Assembly (NCBI GenBank): GCA_964460405.1
Contig: CAYWQC010000001.1
Location: forward strand, 1-33,473
Length of the DNA stretch: 33,473 nucleotides
From: an uncultured Staphylococcaceae bacterium
GTDB taxonomy: Bacteria > Bacillota_I > Bacilli_A > RFN20 > CAG-826
Reading direction: 5' to 3'
Shown here one piece after another: positions 1 through 8,795 of this stretch. Each line of letters opens with the position of its first letter. Positions within the stretch are counted from its first letter, which is position 1. Below the pieces are notes generated by a model. The model made no database searches. It saw only the letters and a list, made by a program, of their open reading frames with translations, and was not told the DNA's origin. The position numbers and the translations under genes were made by a program.

Positions 1-298
1 AACCACCACCAATCGCAAGAATAAAATCAATATGTTGTTCTCGTGCTAGTTTTAGGGCTTCCCTTACATAGATGATTTCCGGGTTTGGCCTAATGCCTAA
101 ATAGCAATGGAATTGGATGCCATGATCGCTTAGTTGTTTTTCAATAGTGGCAAGAAGACCGCTTTTAATCAAACTTGTTTGGCCACCAAAAATAAGAACA
201 TTTTTGAAACCGTATTGCTTAATTATCTCACCAACCTTTGATTCTTGGTCTTCACCAAAATAGAGTTTTGTCTTTAGATGAAGTTCAAAATTATGCAT
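1..298 (-). CDS. iron-containing (group III) alcohol dehydrogenase, butanol-DH/YqhD-like; only the N-terminal ~99 codons are present because the gene runs off the left edge
   Basis: My translation of the minus strand from the ATG at 298 gives MHNFELHLKTKLYFGEDQESKVGEIIKQYGFKNVLIFGGQTSLIKSGLLATIEKQLSDHGIQFHCYLGIRPNPEIIYVREALKLAREQHIDFILAIGGG. This is the typical Fe-ADH N-terminus, ending in the GGG(S) dinucleotide-fold motif. The frame is open to base 1. The start overlaps the TetR stop (ATGCATAA). Confidence 0.8.
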   Translation of the reverse strand, partial: MHNFELHLKTKLYFGEDQESKVGEIIKQYGFKNVLIFGGQTSLIKSGLLATIEKQLSDHGIQFHCYLGIRPNPEIIYVREALKLAREQHIDFILAIGGG

Positions 299-836
299 TG
301 TTTGCTCCTTTGTGTATCGCAACTTCTAACAAGTGCGAAAAATATTTCTGAGCCCGATCAATGACCACAGAGCTGTCTTCATCGATGGGATTACGCAACC
401 ACATCATAATGATGTTTGCGTATCCTGATCCAAAAAAGCTCGCTAGAAATTTTCTTTCTTCTACCTCAATGGCATGATCGTGGTCCAGCGCATCGATATG
501 CTTGAGTTCAATATTGTAAAAAGTATTAAAGAAAAATTCCATTAACAAGTCTTTGCCGGCACTTTGTGCCGTATTTTGAATGAGGTTATAATTGTCTTCA
601 ACATAGTCAAAGACATGGACTAGCGCTTGTGAATAGTCTTGTTCTTCATCTAAGTTGGGAATTTTTTCATTAAGAAAAACCCATGTGAGAAGATCGTATG
701 TGTTACGAAAGTGATAGTAAAAAGATTGACGATTGATTCCACACATCTTTGATAATTTCATCACGCTAATATCATCTAGTGCGACAGTCGACATCAATTT
801 TTTTAAGGCATCTGCAAGTCTTTCTTCTGTTTTCAT
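291..836 (-). CDS. TetR/AcrR-family transcriptional regulator (DhaS-like subgroup)
   Basis: 181-aa ORF. The N-terminal helix-turn-helix ISVMKLSKMCGINRQSFYYHFRNTYDLL is typical of TetR regulators of the dihydroxyacetone-kinase-regulator type. Its start overlaps the psuG stop by 4 nt (ATGA). Confidence 0.8.
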   Translation of the reverse strand: MKTEERLADALKKLMSTVALDDISVMKLSKMCGINRQSFYYHFRNTYDLLTWVFLNEKIPNLDEEQDYSQALVHVFDYVEDNYNLIQNTAQSAGKDLLMEFFFNTFYNIELKHIDALDHDHAIEVEERKFLASFFGSGYANIIMMWLRNPIDEDSSVVIDRAQKYFSHLLEVAIHKGANNA

Positions 837-1741
837 TGTCTTTCTTTCGCAATACTTAGGGCGATTTCTGCGCCTAATTTCGCATTATTTAAAATTAATT
901 TAGTATTAGCCTCAAGTGAATTTCCCCGCGATAGTTCAACCATTGTTTTAAGAAGAAAGGGGGTTTCTTCCTTACCCTTAATACCCTTCTGCTTTGCCAT
1001 TAACAAAGCCTGCTTGATCCACTCATCCATTTGTTGATAATCAAGGCTATCCTCTGCGGGAATTGGATTAGCTACCAACACTGCTTGAGGGAGTTGCATT
1101 TCCGATTGACAGCAATAAAGCTTCGCGATATCCACGGGGTGATCGAGACGAATTGGCACATTAATATGACTGGTTCTCGTGTAAAACAATGGTAATTTAT
1201 CACTTTGATAACCAACTAGTGGGACACCAACTGTTTCAAGATATTCGACCGTTTTTTCAACATCAAGAATTGCCTTTGGTCCTGCACAGACGACAATCAT
1301 CCGTGTCTTACTTAATTCGACAAGATCGTTAGACACATCAAAACTTGATTCAGCACCACGGTGCACGCCACCAATACCTCCCGTAACAAACACATCAATT
1401 CCGGCCATTTTTGCCGCTAACATAGTGGCAGCAACAGTGGTTGATCCCCATAGTTTCTGTGAAGTGACATGGGCTAAATCGCGACCTGACACCTTAACAA
1501 TGCCGTCGCGCTTACCAAATTCTTGAATTTGCGTCTCGCTCATACCAATAATAATATCGCCATCGATAATCCCAATTGTCGCGGCGATTGCGCCGGTGTC
1601 ATTAATCACTTTTTCAACATCCATTGCTACTTTGACATTTGTGGGATAAGGCATACCATGAGAAATAATCGTCGATTCAAGAGCAACGACTGCTTGGTTG
1701 TGTTTAAGGGCATCTTGAACTTTTTTATTAATAATAATCAT
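833..1741 (-). CDS. psuG: pseudouridine-5'-phosphate glycosidase
   Basis: 302 aa with PsuG/YeiN (indigoidine synthase A-like) family motifs ALESTIISHGMPYP, STTVAATM, FVTGGIGGVHRG and VVCAGPKAILD, plus a C-terminal TPFLL...SLEAN segment. Confidence 0.9.
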   Translation of the reverse strand: MIIINKKVQDALKHNQAVVALESTIISHGMPYPTNVKVAMDVEKVINDTGAIAATIGIIDGDIIIGMSETQIQEFGKRDGIVKVSGRDLAHVTSQKLWGSTTVAATMLAAKMAGIDVFVTGGIGGVHRGAESSFDVSNDLVELSKTRMIVVCAGPKAILDVEKTVEYLETVGVPLVGYQSDKLPLFYTRTSHINVPIRLDHPVDIAKLYCCQSEMQLPQAVLVANPIPAEDSLDYQQMDEWIKQALLMAKQKGIKGKEETPFLLKTMVELSRGNSLEANTKLILNNAKLGAEIALSIAKERQ

Positions 1742-1744
1742 ATT

Positions 1745-4198
1745 TTACCTCTTCTTTTTCTTTTTATCCGCAAACTGAAGGTCGATGAGGAAGAAGGCGA
1801 CAACCGCACCAATATTAATGACAACAAGTTCAATAATGTTTATTCCACTCAAATCGCGATAGTCAATTTTGAATAGATCAACACGCAGATAACCGGCAGC
1901 AAACATGACGACAATGGCCCCAACGAGTAGGACGAAGAAAAGGGTCCCCCGATACCAATCAAGAGGCAGGCTTGTCCTGAAAAGAACAACAAAACTAATA
2001 AAGATCATTGTCAAAACACTCATTGTAATGGCGGCGTATTCATTTACACGAAGACTGCCTGGTTGTATCGTTTCAATATTTCGCATGACAAAGAAAGCGA
2101 AGACCGCGAGTACCATAACGATTGAGCCTGGAAGTGCTTTTTTAACAACATTACTCATAAATGTGCCCTTGATTTTCGTACTATTAGGCTGTAAGGATAA
2201 GAAGAATGAAGCAACACCAATGGTGAAAAACTCCCATATATAAAGGTGTTGTGTCACAAATGGGTACGCGACTTGATTGCCAACAGGCGCTAGCATCGAG
2301 CCAACTAAGAAAAGAATCGACATAATAATTGTAAAGGTTGTTTTAACTAAAAACAGTGACCATGTTCTTTGCAAATTATTAATTGCTCTTCTTCCCTCGT
2401 CAACAATTGACGGGAGGGCATCAAAATTTTGTTCAATAATTAAGTTTGCAACACTACGAGCCGCTCCACTACCGTTGGCCATTGCAATCGAACAATCGGC
2501 CGCTTTAAGTGCAAGCACATCATTAACACCATCACCAATCATACCAACAACAAGACCTGATTTTTGTAGTTTACGGACAATAACCTCTTTTTGATTTGGT
2601 TTGACTCGTCCAAAGACTGTATATGAATCCGCGACTCTTCTTACTTCATCGCGATCTAAACTTGATAAATCGATGGCATTCTCAGCCCCAAACACACCTG
2701 CTCTTTGGCTAACTGCCGCGACAGTTCCAGGATCATCACCTGAAATAATTTTAATTTTTACGCCATTGTCAATAAACCACTTGATGGCGTCAATCGCTTC
2801 ACTACGAATATGATCTTCAAGGGCAATAAGGGCGATTGGCACCCCTTCGTTAATTGCTTGAACTTTAGCTCTTTTTTTATTACGGGTTAATACAAGAACC
2901 CGAAGGCCCCGACTCATAAATGCCTTCTCAATATCAGATATTTGTTCTTTGTGTTTCGCGTTTAACAATGAGGTTGATGCCCCTAAATAGTAGGTTTCAC
3001 CATTTTTAAATCGCACAGCACTATATTTATCTTCGCTAGAAAACGGGGTGATGATACTCGTATCAATATATTCTTTGAATTTGAAGTAATCTTTGAGCGC
3101 CATAGCGGTCGGGTTTTCATCCTTGGTCGCGGCGACAATATTGGCAATGATATTTTCGATATCAATATCGTCATTTGGATTGAATTCATAAAGTTCTGAA
3201 ACACTCATTGTGCCATCTGTCAGTGTCCCGGTTTTATCTAGACAAAGTACATCCACGCGCGCAAGCATTTCAATTGAATACATTTCTTGCACAAGGGTAC
3301 GTTTTTTTCCAAGACGAACAACACCAACGGAAAGGGTCATGCTCGTTAACAAATACATCCCCGAAGGAATCATCCCAACCAGCGATCCAGAAATACTAGC
3401 CACACTACTGAAAAGATCAACCTCTTGATAAATTGTTGAAACAATCATCAATCCCCCAATGGTGATAACAATCACACCAATAATTTTGAAAAGACTCTTA
3501 ATTGAACTCAACAATTGCGATTTTGGCCGTTTAAAAGCCTGTGCCCGGACTTGTATCGTTTGGGCATAACTCAGCTTACCAATCTTATCAACACGCATGT
3601 AGGCCGTGCCACTTGTAACGAAAGAACCTGACAATACTTGATCTTCCTTGTGTTTTTTAATAATCTCAGATTCACCGGTTAAAAGTGATTCATTTACACT
3701 TATCTCACCTTCGATAACAACGCCATCAGCAGGAATTTGATCACCCATTTTTAAGACAATGACATCATCAAGAACGATTTGATCCTTATCTAATTCACTT
3801 GTAATGCCTTCACGAACAACCTTAACACTACTTTTTGTAAGAATACTTAATTCTTTTAATGTTTTTTGTGCGCGAAAGTCTTGAATAAGACCAATCGCAG
3901 TGTTGGCAACTAAAATAACAAGAAAGAAGAGTCCACCATAGTTTTGGACCCAAATCATCGCCGCAGCGATGATATAGAGGAGAATATTAAAGAAGGAGAA
4001 TAGATTGGTTACTAAAATTTCTAGGGTTGATTTGCCAATGACCTTCTTTGAATAATTAGTTAACTTCTTTTTTTGCCGTTGCAAAACCTGCTCAAGGCTT
4101 AAACCTTGACTGTGACTAGGGTTAAATCGTTCGATTCCTTCAAGGAGAATTTCGCTTTTGCGTATTCTTCTTGTTGCATATCCGGCTTTATCTTTCAT
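1745..4198 (-). CDS. cation-translocating P-type (HAD-IC) ATPase, substrate unresolved
   Basis: 817 aa with the TGES actuator motif (LLTGESE), the phosphorylation site DKTGTLT (D321) and the hinge GDGVNDVLALKAADCSIAM, plus about 10 hydrophobic segments. Its stop is 3 nt from the psuG start. Confidence 0.9.
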   Translation of the reverse strand: MKDKAGYATRRIRKSEILLEGIERFNPSHSQGLSLEQVLQRQKKKLTNYSKKVIGKSTLEILVTNLFSFFNILLYIIAAAMIWVQNYGGLFFLVILVANTAIGLIQDFRAQKTLKELSILTKSSVKVVREGITSELDKDQIVLDDVIVLKMGDQIPADGVVIEGEISVNESLLTGESEIIKKHKEDQVLSGSFVTSGTAYMRVDKIGKLSYAQTIQVRAQAFKRPKSQLLSSIKSLFKIIGVIVITIGGLMIVSTIYQEVDLFSSVASISGSLVGMIPSGMYLLTSMTLSVGVVRLGKKRTLVQEMYSIEMLARVDVLCLDKTGTLTDGTMSVSELYEFNPNDDIDIENIIANIVAATKDENPTAMALKDYFKFKEYIDTSIITPFSSEDKYSAVRFKNGETYYLGASTSLLNAKHKEQISDIEKAFMSRGLRVLVLTRNKKRAKVQAINEGVPIALIALEDHIRSEAIDAIKWFIDNGVKIKIISGDDPGTVAAVSQRAGVFGAENAIDLSSLDRDEVRRVADSYTVFGRVKPNQKEVIVRKLQKSGLVVGMIGDGVNDVLALKAADCSIAMANGSGAARSVANLIIEQNFDALPSIVDEGRRAINNLQRTWSLFLVKTTFTIIMSILFLVGSMLAPVGNQVAYPFVTQHLYIWEFFTIGVASFFLSLQPNSTKIKGTFMSNVVKKALPGSIVMVLAVFAFFVMRNIETIQPGSLRVNEYAAITMSVLTMIFISFVVLFRTSLPLDWYRGTLFFVLLVGAIVVMFAAGYLRVDLFKIDYRDLSGINIIELVVINIGAVVAFFLIDLQFADKKKKKR

Positions 4199-4215
4199 AA
4201 ATTACTCTATTTTTA

Positions 4216-4244
4216 ATTATAGACTAAAAGTCTATAGATGTCCT
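4216..4244 (-). promoter_or_regulatory. candidate sigma-A promoter of the ATPase-psuG-tetR-adh operon, with an embedded 19-bp palindrome (operator candidate)
   Basis: On the minus strand: AGGACA (4244..4239), a 17-nt spacer, then TATAAT (4221..4216), 18 nt upstream of the ATG at 4198. The perfect inverted repeat TATAGAC-N5-GTCTATA occupies 4218..4236 and overlaps the -10 element and spacer. Confidence 0.4.
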
Positions 4245-4270
4245 TTAATATTGTTACAGTGTCAAAAAAA

Positions 4271-6826
4271 TTATTCAGTTCTTAAGGCCTCAACAGGATT
4301 TTTGCGAGCGGCAACACTACTTGGTAACAGCCCGGAAAGCATTGTTAAACCAACATTAATGACGACAAGGATAATAGCAATCCAAGGTGTGAGGTTGGCA
4401 ATGGTTCCAATATTTTGATCTGGGAACAATTGATTAAGAATGAGGTTGATTGGGACCGTCAAAACATAGGCAACAACGACACCAATTAGCCCCGCAGCAA
4501 GACCAATAATAAAGGTTTCGGCTTGGAATAGTCTTCCCACATCTTTCTTCCGGGCGCCAATTGCACGAAGAACGCCTATTTCCTTGGTTCTTTCAATCAC
4601 GGAAATATAGGTGATAATCCCAATGAGAACGCCAGACACAACAAGGGAAATACTCGTAAAGAAGATGAGAACAATCGAAACGATATTGACCATCGTGGCT
4701 AGCGAGTTAGTAATCGTTGATACCAAGTCTGAATAGATGACTTCATTACCTGGTTCAACCGTCTTATTATAGTCATCAAAGGCGACTTTAATATCTTTAC
4801 GTGCTTGTGCAGTCGACGGGAAAATCGCGATCGATTCAACATTTGAATAAATCGCTTCAAACACACTCTTAATCATCTGTCCAAATTGATTGCTATCGTC
4901 AATGTCGGAAATTTGGGCATTGTTACGTTTTGCCAAACTAAGAAAATCCGTTTGACTGAGGATCTTTTGTGGGTTACCACTATCATAATATGGATCATAA
5001 TAGCGAATATATTCAAGCGCTTTTTGGGGATCACTCGTCAATTCGGGATCGGTAAGCGCTGCGGGATCAATCGTAATATTATGAAAAATCGATTGCGAAA
5101 AATCACTATCTTTATTATACGTTTGCATCATCGTGTTGAGTGCTTCAGTAAACGCCAAACCATTTGATAAAATTGATAATTCAGTTCCGGCTTTGGGTCG
5201 TAAAACGCCGACGATTTCTAATTCGATTCCCGAGTTATCATCTTCGAAAAGAGTCAGTGCGTTAGCTTGACTTGTCACCGTGTATTTTTCAATCGTTTTT
5301 GTTCCACTTTCCGAACTGAGATCCCCAACAACAAAGTCTAAATCTTGGCGACGTTCATAAAAATCATTGTTTTCAACAAGTTTGTATTTTTTTCCCAACA
5401 CATCGTTGAAACTGAATGACTCAATCGTGGTCGTTCCACTTTCTAAAAACCCAATTCTTTGTAAATCACTGATGCTAACACGGTTGTAACGGTCGATTAC
5501 AAGGACAATTTCATTGGCGTTTTCTGGAAACCGTGATTGACTACCAATTAAGTCATAATATTCTCCGACAAATTCTTGATCACCAAATAACTGGGTGAAT
5601 GTTCCCGATCCTGTCGGCGTCACTTGCGAAAAGTTAGTGGAACCCGCAGTGTTAATCGTCCCGTTAGGGTATTCGGTTAATAGTTTCATGTGTGTCGGGT
5701 AGTTAAACACAACACTACTGGCAAGTCCATCATCTTCAAGACTCTGTACAAAGTTAAGAAAATCCGGCGTCAATTGATTATAGTAAAATGCTATTGAAGA
5801 TTCGTTCGTGTCATTAGGATCATACACATACACTTCTTCAGCCTGGGGATATTGTTCGCGATCGACTTCTTGAAAACTAGCCGGACTTAGTTCGAATGAA
5901 TTGGCAAACACACCAATTGGGTATGAGGCCATCGTATCGCTTTCAACCCGACCAATATAATCATTGAACCCTGTCGAGAGTGAGGCCACAAGCGCAACAC
6001 CAATAATGCCAAGAGAGCCTGCCACAGATGTAATAATAGATCGTCCTTTTTTGGTTAAAATATTTTTAAAACTACTCTTAAGGGCCATCGAAAAAGGCAT
6101 CGAAGTATAAGCGTTTTTCTCCTTGCCAATGCTGTCTTGTTTTTCTAGTTCAACTTTTGCGCTATCACTGGTAATGACACCGTCCAACATACGAATAATG
6201 CGGTCACTATATTTTTCCGCTAAGTGTTCATTATGAGAAACCATGATAACAAGTCTGGTTTTGCTAACTTCTTTAATAATATCCATGACTTGCTCACTTG
6301 TTTGGCTATCAAGGGCGCCAGTCGGCTCATCGGCTAAAATAATCGAGGGATCATTAACAAGGGCGCGGGCAATCGCAACACGTTGCATCTGTCCACCAGA
6401 TAATTGATTGGTTTGTTTATACATTTCTGGTTCAAGTCCCACACTAATAAGGGCTTGCTTTGCCTTTTCAACGCGTTGCTTACTCGACATACCTGTGAGC
6501 GTCAAGGACATTTCGACATTATCTAAAACATTGAGGTGATTAATCAAATTATAGCTTTGAAAAACAAAACCGACACGGTGATTACGGTATGCGTCCCAAT
6601 CACGATCGACAAACTGTTTGGTGGATTTGCCTTCAATAATGAGGTCACCACTTGTGTATTGATCTAAACCACCAATCAGATTTAACAATGTCGTTTTGCC
6701 ACATCCAGAGGGACCTAAAATTGTTACAAATTGTTGAGCAGGAAAACTAATATTAACGTCTTTTAAAACCTTGAGTGGTTTGTTGTCGACATAGTAATTT
6801 TTAAAAATGTTTTTAAGTTGTAACAT
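4271..6826 (-). CDS. fused ABC transporter: N-terminal MacB/LolD-like ATPase plus FtsX-type permease with a large extracytoplasmic domain
   Basis: 851 aa. ATPase motifs: Walker [10 protein letters not shown], signature [15 protein letters not shown], Walker [13 protein letters not shown]. There is a TM segment near residue 270, about 440 aa of non-hydrophobic sequence, then a C-terminal FtsX-like 3-TM module ([19 protein letters not shown]). SD GGAGGAA lies upstream of the ATG. Confidence 0.85.
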   Translation of the reverse strand: MLQLKNIFKNYYVDNKPLKVLKDVNISFPAQQFVTILGPSGCGKTTLLNLIGGLDQYTSGDLIIEGKSTKQFVDRDWDAYRNHRVGFVFQSYNLINHLNVLDNVEMSLTLTGMSSKQRVEKAKQALISVGLEPEMYKQTNQLSGGQMQRVAIARALVNDPSIILADEPTGALDSQTSEQVMDIIKEVSKTRLVIMVSHNEHLAEKYSDRIIRMLDGVITSDSAKVELEKQDSIGKEKNAYTSMPFSMALKSSFKNILTKKGRSIITSVAGSLGIIGVALVASLSTGFNDYIGRVESDTMASYPIGVFANSFELSPASFQEVDREQYPQAEEVYVYDPNDTNESSIAFYYNQLTPDFLNFVQSLEDDGLASSVVFNYPTHMKLLTEYPNGTINTAGSTNFSQVTPTGSGTFTQLFGDQEFVGEYYDLIGSQSRFPENANEIVLVIDRYNRVSISDLQRIGFLESGTTTIESFSFNDVLGKKYKLVENNDFYERRQDLDFVVGDLSSESGTKTIEKYTVTSQANALTLFEDDNSGIELEIVGVLRPKAGTELSILSNGLAFTEALNTMMQTYNKDSDFSQSIFHNITIDPAALTDPELTSDPQKALEYIRYYDPYYDSGNPQKILSQTDFLSLAKRNNAQISDIDDSNQFGQMIKSVFEAIYSNVESIAIFPSTAQARKDIKVAFDDYNKTVEPGNEVIYSDLVSTITNSLATMVNIVSIVLIFFTSISLVVSGVLIGIITYISVIERTKEIGVLRAIGARKKDVGRLFQAETFIIGLAAGLIGVVVAYVLTVPINLILNQLFPDQNIGTIANLTPWIAIILVVINVGLTMLSGLLPSSVAARKNPVEALRTE

Positions 6827-6918
6827 AAGTTCCTCCGCTAACTAAAAATATATAGATATTTTACACTGTTTTTATATATATAAAAACAATTATACAACTA
6901 CATAACGTGTTTTTGCTG

Positions 6919-7380
6919 TTATTTTTGTTGTTTTCTCTTTGTTTGAAAGAAGTCCGACATAAGTGTGGCACACTCTTCTTTGAGCACACCACCTGTAAGA
7001 CGTGGATAATGATTAAGATTTTGTTGTTCAAAGAGATTAAAAGAACTCCCTAAAGCCCCGCCTTTTGGCTCGCTAGCCCCATATACCACACGACCAATTC
7101 GTGACCAAATTGTCGCGCCCGCACACATTGAACATGGTTCGATTGTCACATATAGTGTCGTGTCTTCTAAGTGCCATGTGCCTAATTTTTTAGCGGCTTT
7201 ACGAATGGCGATAATCTCTGCGTGTCCCGTAGGATCAAAGCTAGACTCACGGTTGTTATGGCCTCGAGCGATAATTTTACCATCCTTAACAAGGACGGCC
7301 CCAACGGGTACCTCGTCCTTGGCGAAAGCTTTTTGGGCTTCCCTTATTGCATGTTTCATCATTTTTTCATCAGTGGTCAT
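6919..7380 (-). CDS. tadA: tRNA-specific adenosine deaminase
   Basis: CDA-fold motifs HAEIIAI and PCSMCAG. I place the start at the third ATG (MTTDEKMMKHAIREA), which aligns with the usual TadA N-terminus. The track ORF start at 7404 would overlap the SRP RNA. Alternative ATGs are at 7389 and 7386. Confidence 0.88.
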   Translation of the reverse strand: MTTDEKMMKHAIREAQKAFAKDEVPVGAVLVKDGKIIARGHNNRESSFDPTGHAEIIAIRKAAKKLGTWHLEDTTLYVTIEPCSMCAGATIWSRIGRVVYGASEPKGGALGSSFNLFEQQNLNHYPRLTGGVLKEECATLMSDFFQTKRKQQK

Positions 7381-7400
7381 TTTCATCATTAAAAATAAAA

Positions 7401-7478
7401 CCACCGCACATGAATACCAATCTTAAGGCTGCTACGTTCCCGTCCTGACCTGGTTCGAATAATACCCATCGCGATGGC
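7401..7478 (-). ncRNA. ffs: small (4.5S-type) signal recognition particle RNA
   Basis: The minus-strand sequence is GCCAUCGCGAUGGGUAUUAUUCGAACCAGGUCAGGACGGGAACGUAGCAGCCUUAAGAUUGGUAUUCAUGUGCGGUGG. It contains the universally conserved domain IV core ACCAGGUCAGG...GGAA...AGCAGCC, with the GGAA tetraloop closed by ACG/CGU. The 5' and 3' ends pair (CCAUCGCG with UGUGCGGUGG) and a U-run (UUUUAUUUUU) follows. Confidence 0.85.
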
Positions 7479-7484
7479 ATAATT

Positions 7485-7493
7485 ATTATAACA
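7485..7493 (-). promoter_or_regulatory. extended -10 promoter (TGtTATAAT) for the SRP RNA
   Basis: The minus strand reads TAA(serS stop)-TTTTGTTATAAT-AATTATG-CCATCGCG. A perfect TATAAT is preceded by TGn, and the predicted start falls about 7 nt downstream, at the first base of the SRP RNA helix. Confidence 0.5.
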
Positions 7494-7496
7494 AAA

Positions 7497-8777
7497 TTAG
7501 CGTGTTAGGGAAATCTTTTCAATTCCACCCATAAAGGGTCTCAACACTTCAGGGACGATAACATCACCGTCTTTTGTTTGATATTGTTCAACAATCGCCG
7601 GGACCAAGCGACTTGTCGCAAGACCACTTGCATTCAGTGTGTGGACATATTTAACCTTCCCCGTTTCTTTGTCACGATATCTCATCATACCCCGTCGGGC
7701 TTGATAATCTCTAGCGTTGCTGACGCTACTGACTTCTTTATAAATCCCCATCGAAGGTATCCAAACCTCAATATCATAAGTTCTTGCCATTGAATGAGAA
7801 CAATCTCCCGCGGCAAGTTTAGAAATTTGAAAATGAAGTCCAAGTTTTTCAACCAAGGTTTTTGCCTTGTTAACCATATCTTCAAACGCCTTATCGCTGG
7901 CATCTTCTTTGGTGTATTGAACAATTTCAACTTTATTAAATTGATAGCCACGAATCATCCCACGTTCTTCAGTACGGTAGGAGCCGGCCTCACTACGATA
8001 ACATGGCGTATATGCAAAATATTGATGGGGAAGTTCTTCTTCACTCAAAATTTCATCACGGTGAATGTTTACCAGTGCGGTTTCTGCAGTTGGTAGTAAA
8101 AACCGGCGTGGGTTCATTCCCTCCAACCAAAATACATCACTTTCGAATTTCGGAAATTGTCCAGCAGTCACACCACTTTCATAATTAAGAAGGTGCGGTG
8201 GAATAATCATCTCATAGCCATCTTTAATGTGCTCAGAGACAAAGAAATTTAGTAAAGCCCACTCTAACATCGCGCCTACACCCTTATACATCCAAGTGCC
8301 ATTACCACTCATTTTCGCGGCCCTTTTGTAATCGATAATGCCTAGTGATTCACATAACGCAACGTGATCCTTGACCTTGAAATCAAACTTAGGTGTCTCC
8401 TTATACGTATAAATAACACGGTTATTATCCTTGTTTCCTGCTAATAAATCTTCGTCAGGTAAATTAGGTAATTGCATTAAAACACCAGCAATTTCAGCGT
8501 CAATTAAGTTTAATTGCTTTTCCTTTTCTTCATTCATAGCTTTCAGCGCTTTGACCTTAGCAAAAATGTCTTGTATGTCTCCACCCGCTTTTTTAACAAC
8601 AGGGACCGATGCGCTTAGCTTATTTTGTTCGGCTTTTGCGTTTTCTACTTCTTGTCGAAGCGTCCTTCTTAAACTATCTTTTGCGAGAAGATCAACAAAA
8701 TCTTCATGCCACCCTTTCTTTGCCAAAAGGGCAATCACCTTATCTTTATGTTCGCGAATTAAGTTAATATCAATCAT
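7497..8777 (-). CDS. serS: seryl-tRNA synthetase
   Basis: 426 aa from MIDINLIREHKDKV, with an N-terminal coiled-coil arm and a class II core. SD AGAGGAGGA lies 7 nt upstream of the ATG at 8777. The 13 extra codons in the track ORF would run into the T-box terminator. Confidence 0.95.
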   Translation of the reverse strand: MIDINLIREHKDKVIALLAKKGWHEDFVDLLAKDSLRRTLRQEVENAKAEQNKLSASVPVVKKAGGDIQDIFAKVKALKAMNEEKEKQLNLIDAEIAGVLMQLPNLPDEDLLAGNKDNNRVIYTYKETPKFDFKVKDHVALCESLGIIDYKRAAKMSGNGTWMYKGVGAMLEWALLNFFVSEHIKDGYEMIIPPHLLNYESGVTAGQFPKFESDVFWLEGMNPRRFLLPTAETALVNIHRDEILSEEELPHQYFAYTPCYRSEAGSYRTEERGMIRGYQFNKVEIVQYTKEDASDKAFEDMVNKAKTLVEKLGLHFQISKLAAGDCSHSMARTYDIEVWIPSMGIYKEVSSVSNARDYQARRGMMRYRDKETGKVKYVHTLNASGLATSRLVPAIVEQYQTKDGDVIVPEVLRPFMGGIEKISLTR

Positions 8778-8795
8778 GCTTTTTCCTCCTCTTAA

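Noticed and set aside
4260-4265. A perfect TTGACA hexamer (minus strand) right after the ABC gene stop, considered as the -35 for the ATPase operon.
   Set aside because: No acceptable -10 lies 16-18 nt downstream; GACATC occupies that position. The AGGACA-17-TATAAT pair fits better.
6867-6888. A perfect 22-bp palindrome, TGTTTTTATATATATAAAAACA, between tadA and the fused ABC gene.
   Set aside because: It consists almost entirely of A-T pairs, so it would be a very weak terminator hairpin. It coincides with generic AT-rich promoter/UP-like DNA upstream of a TAAAAT hexamer (6863..6858). I cannot distinguish an operator from low-complexity AT sequence without comparative data.
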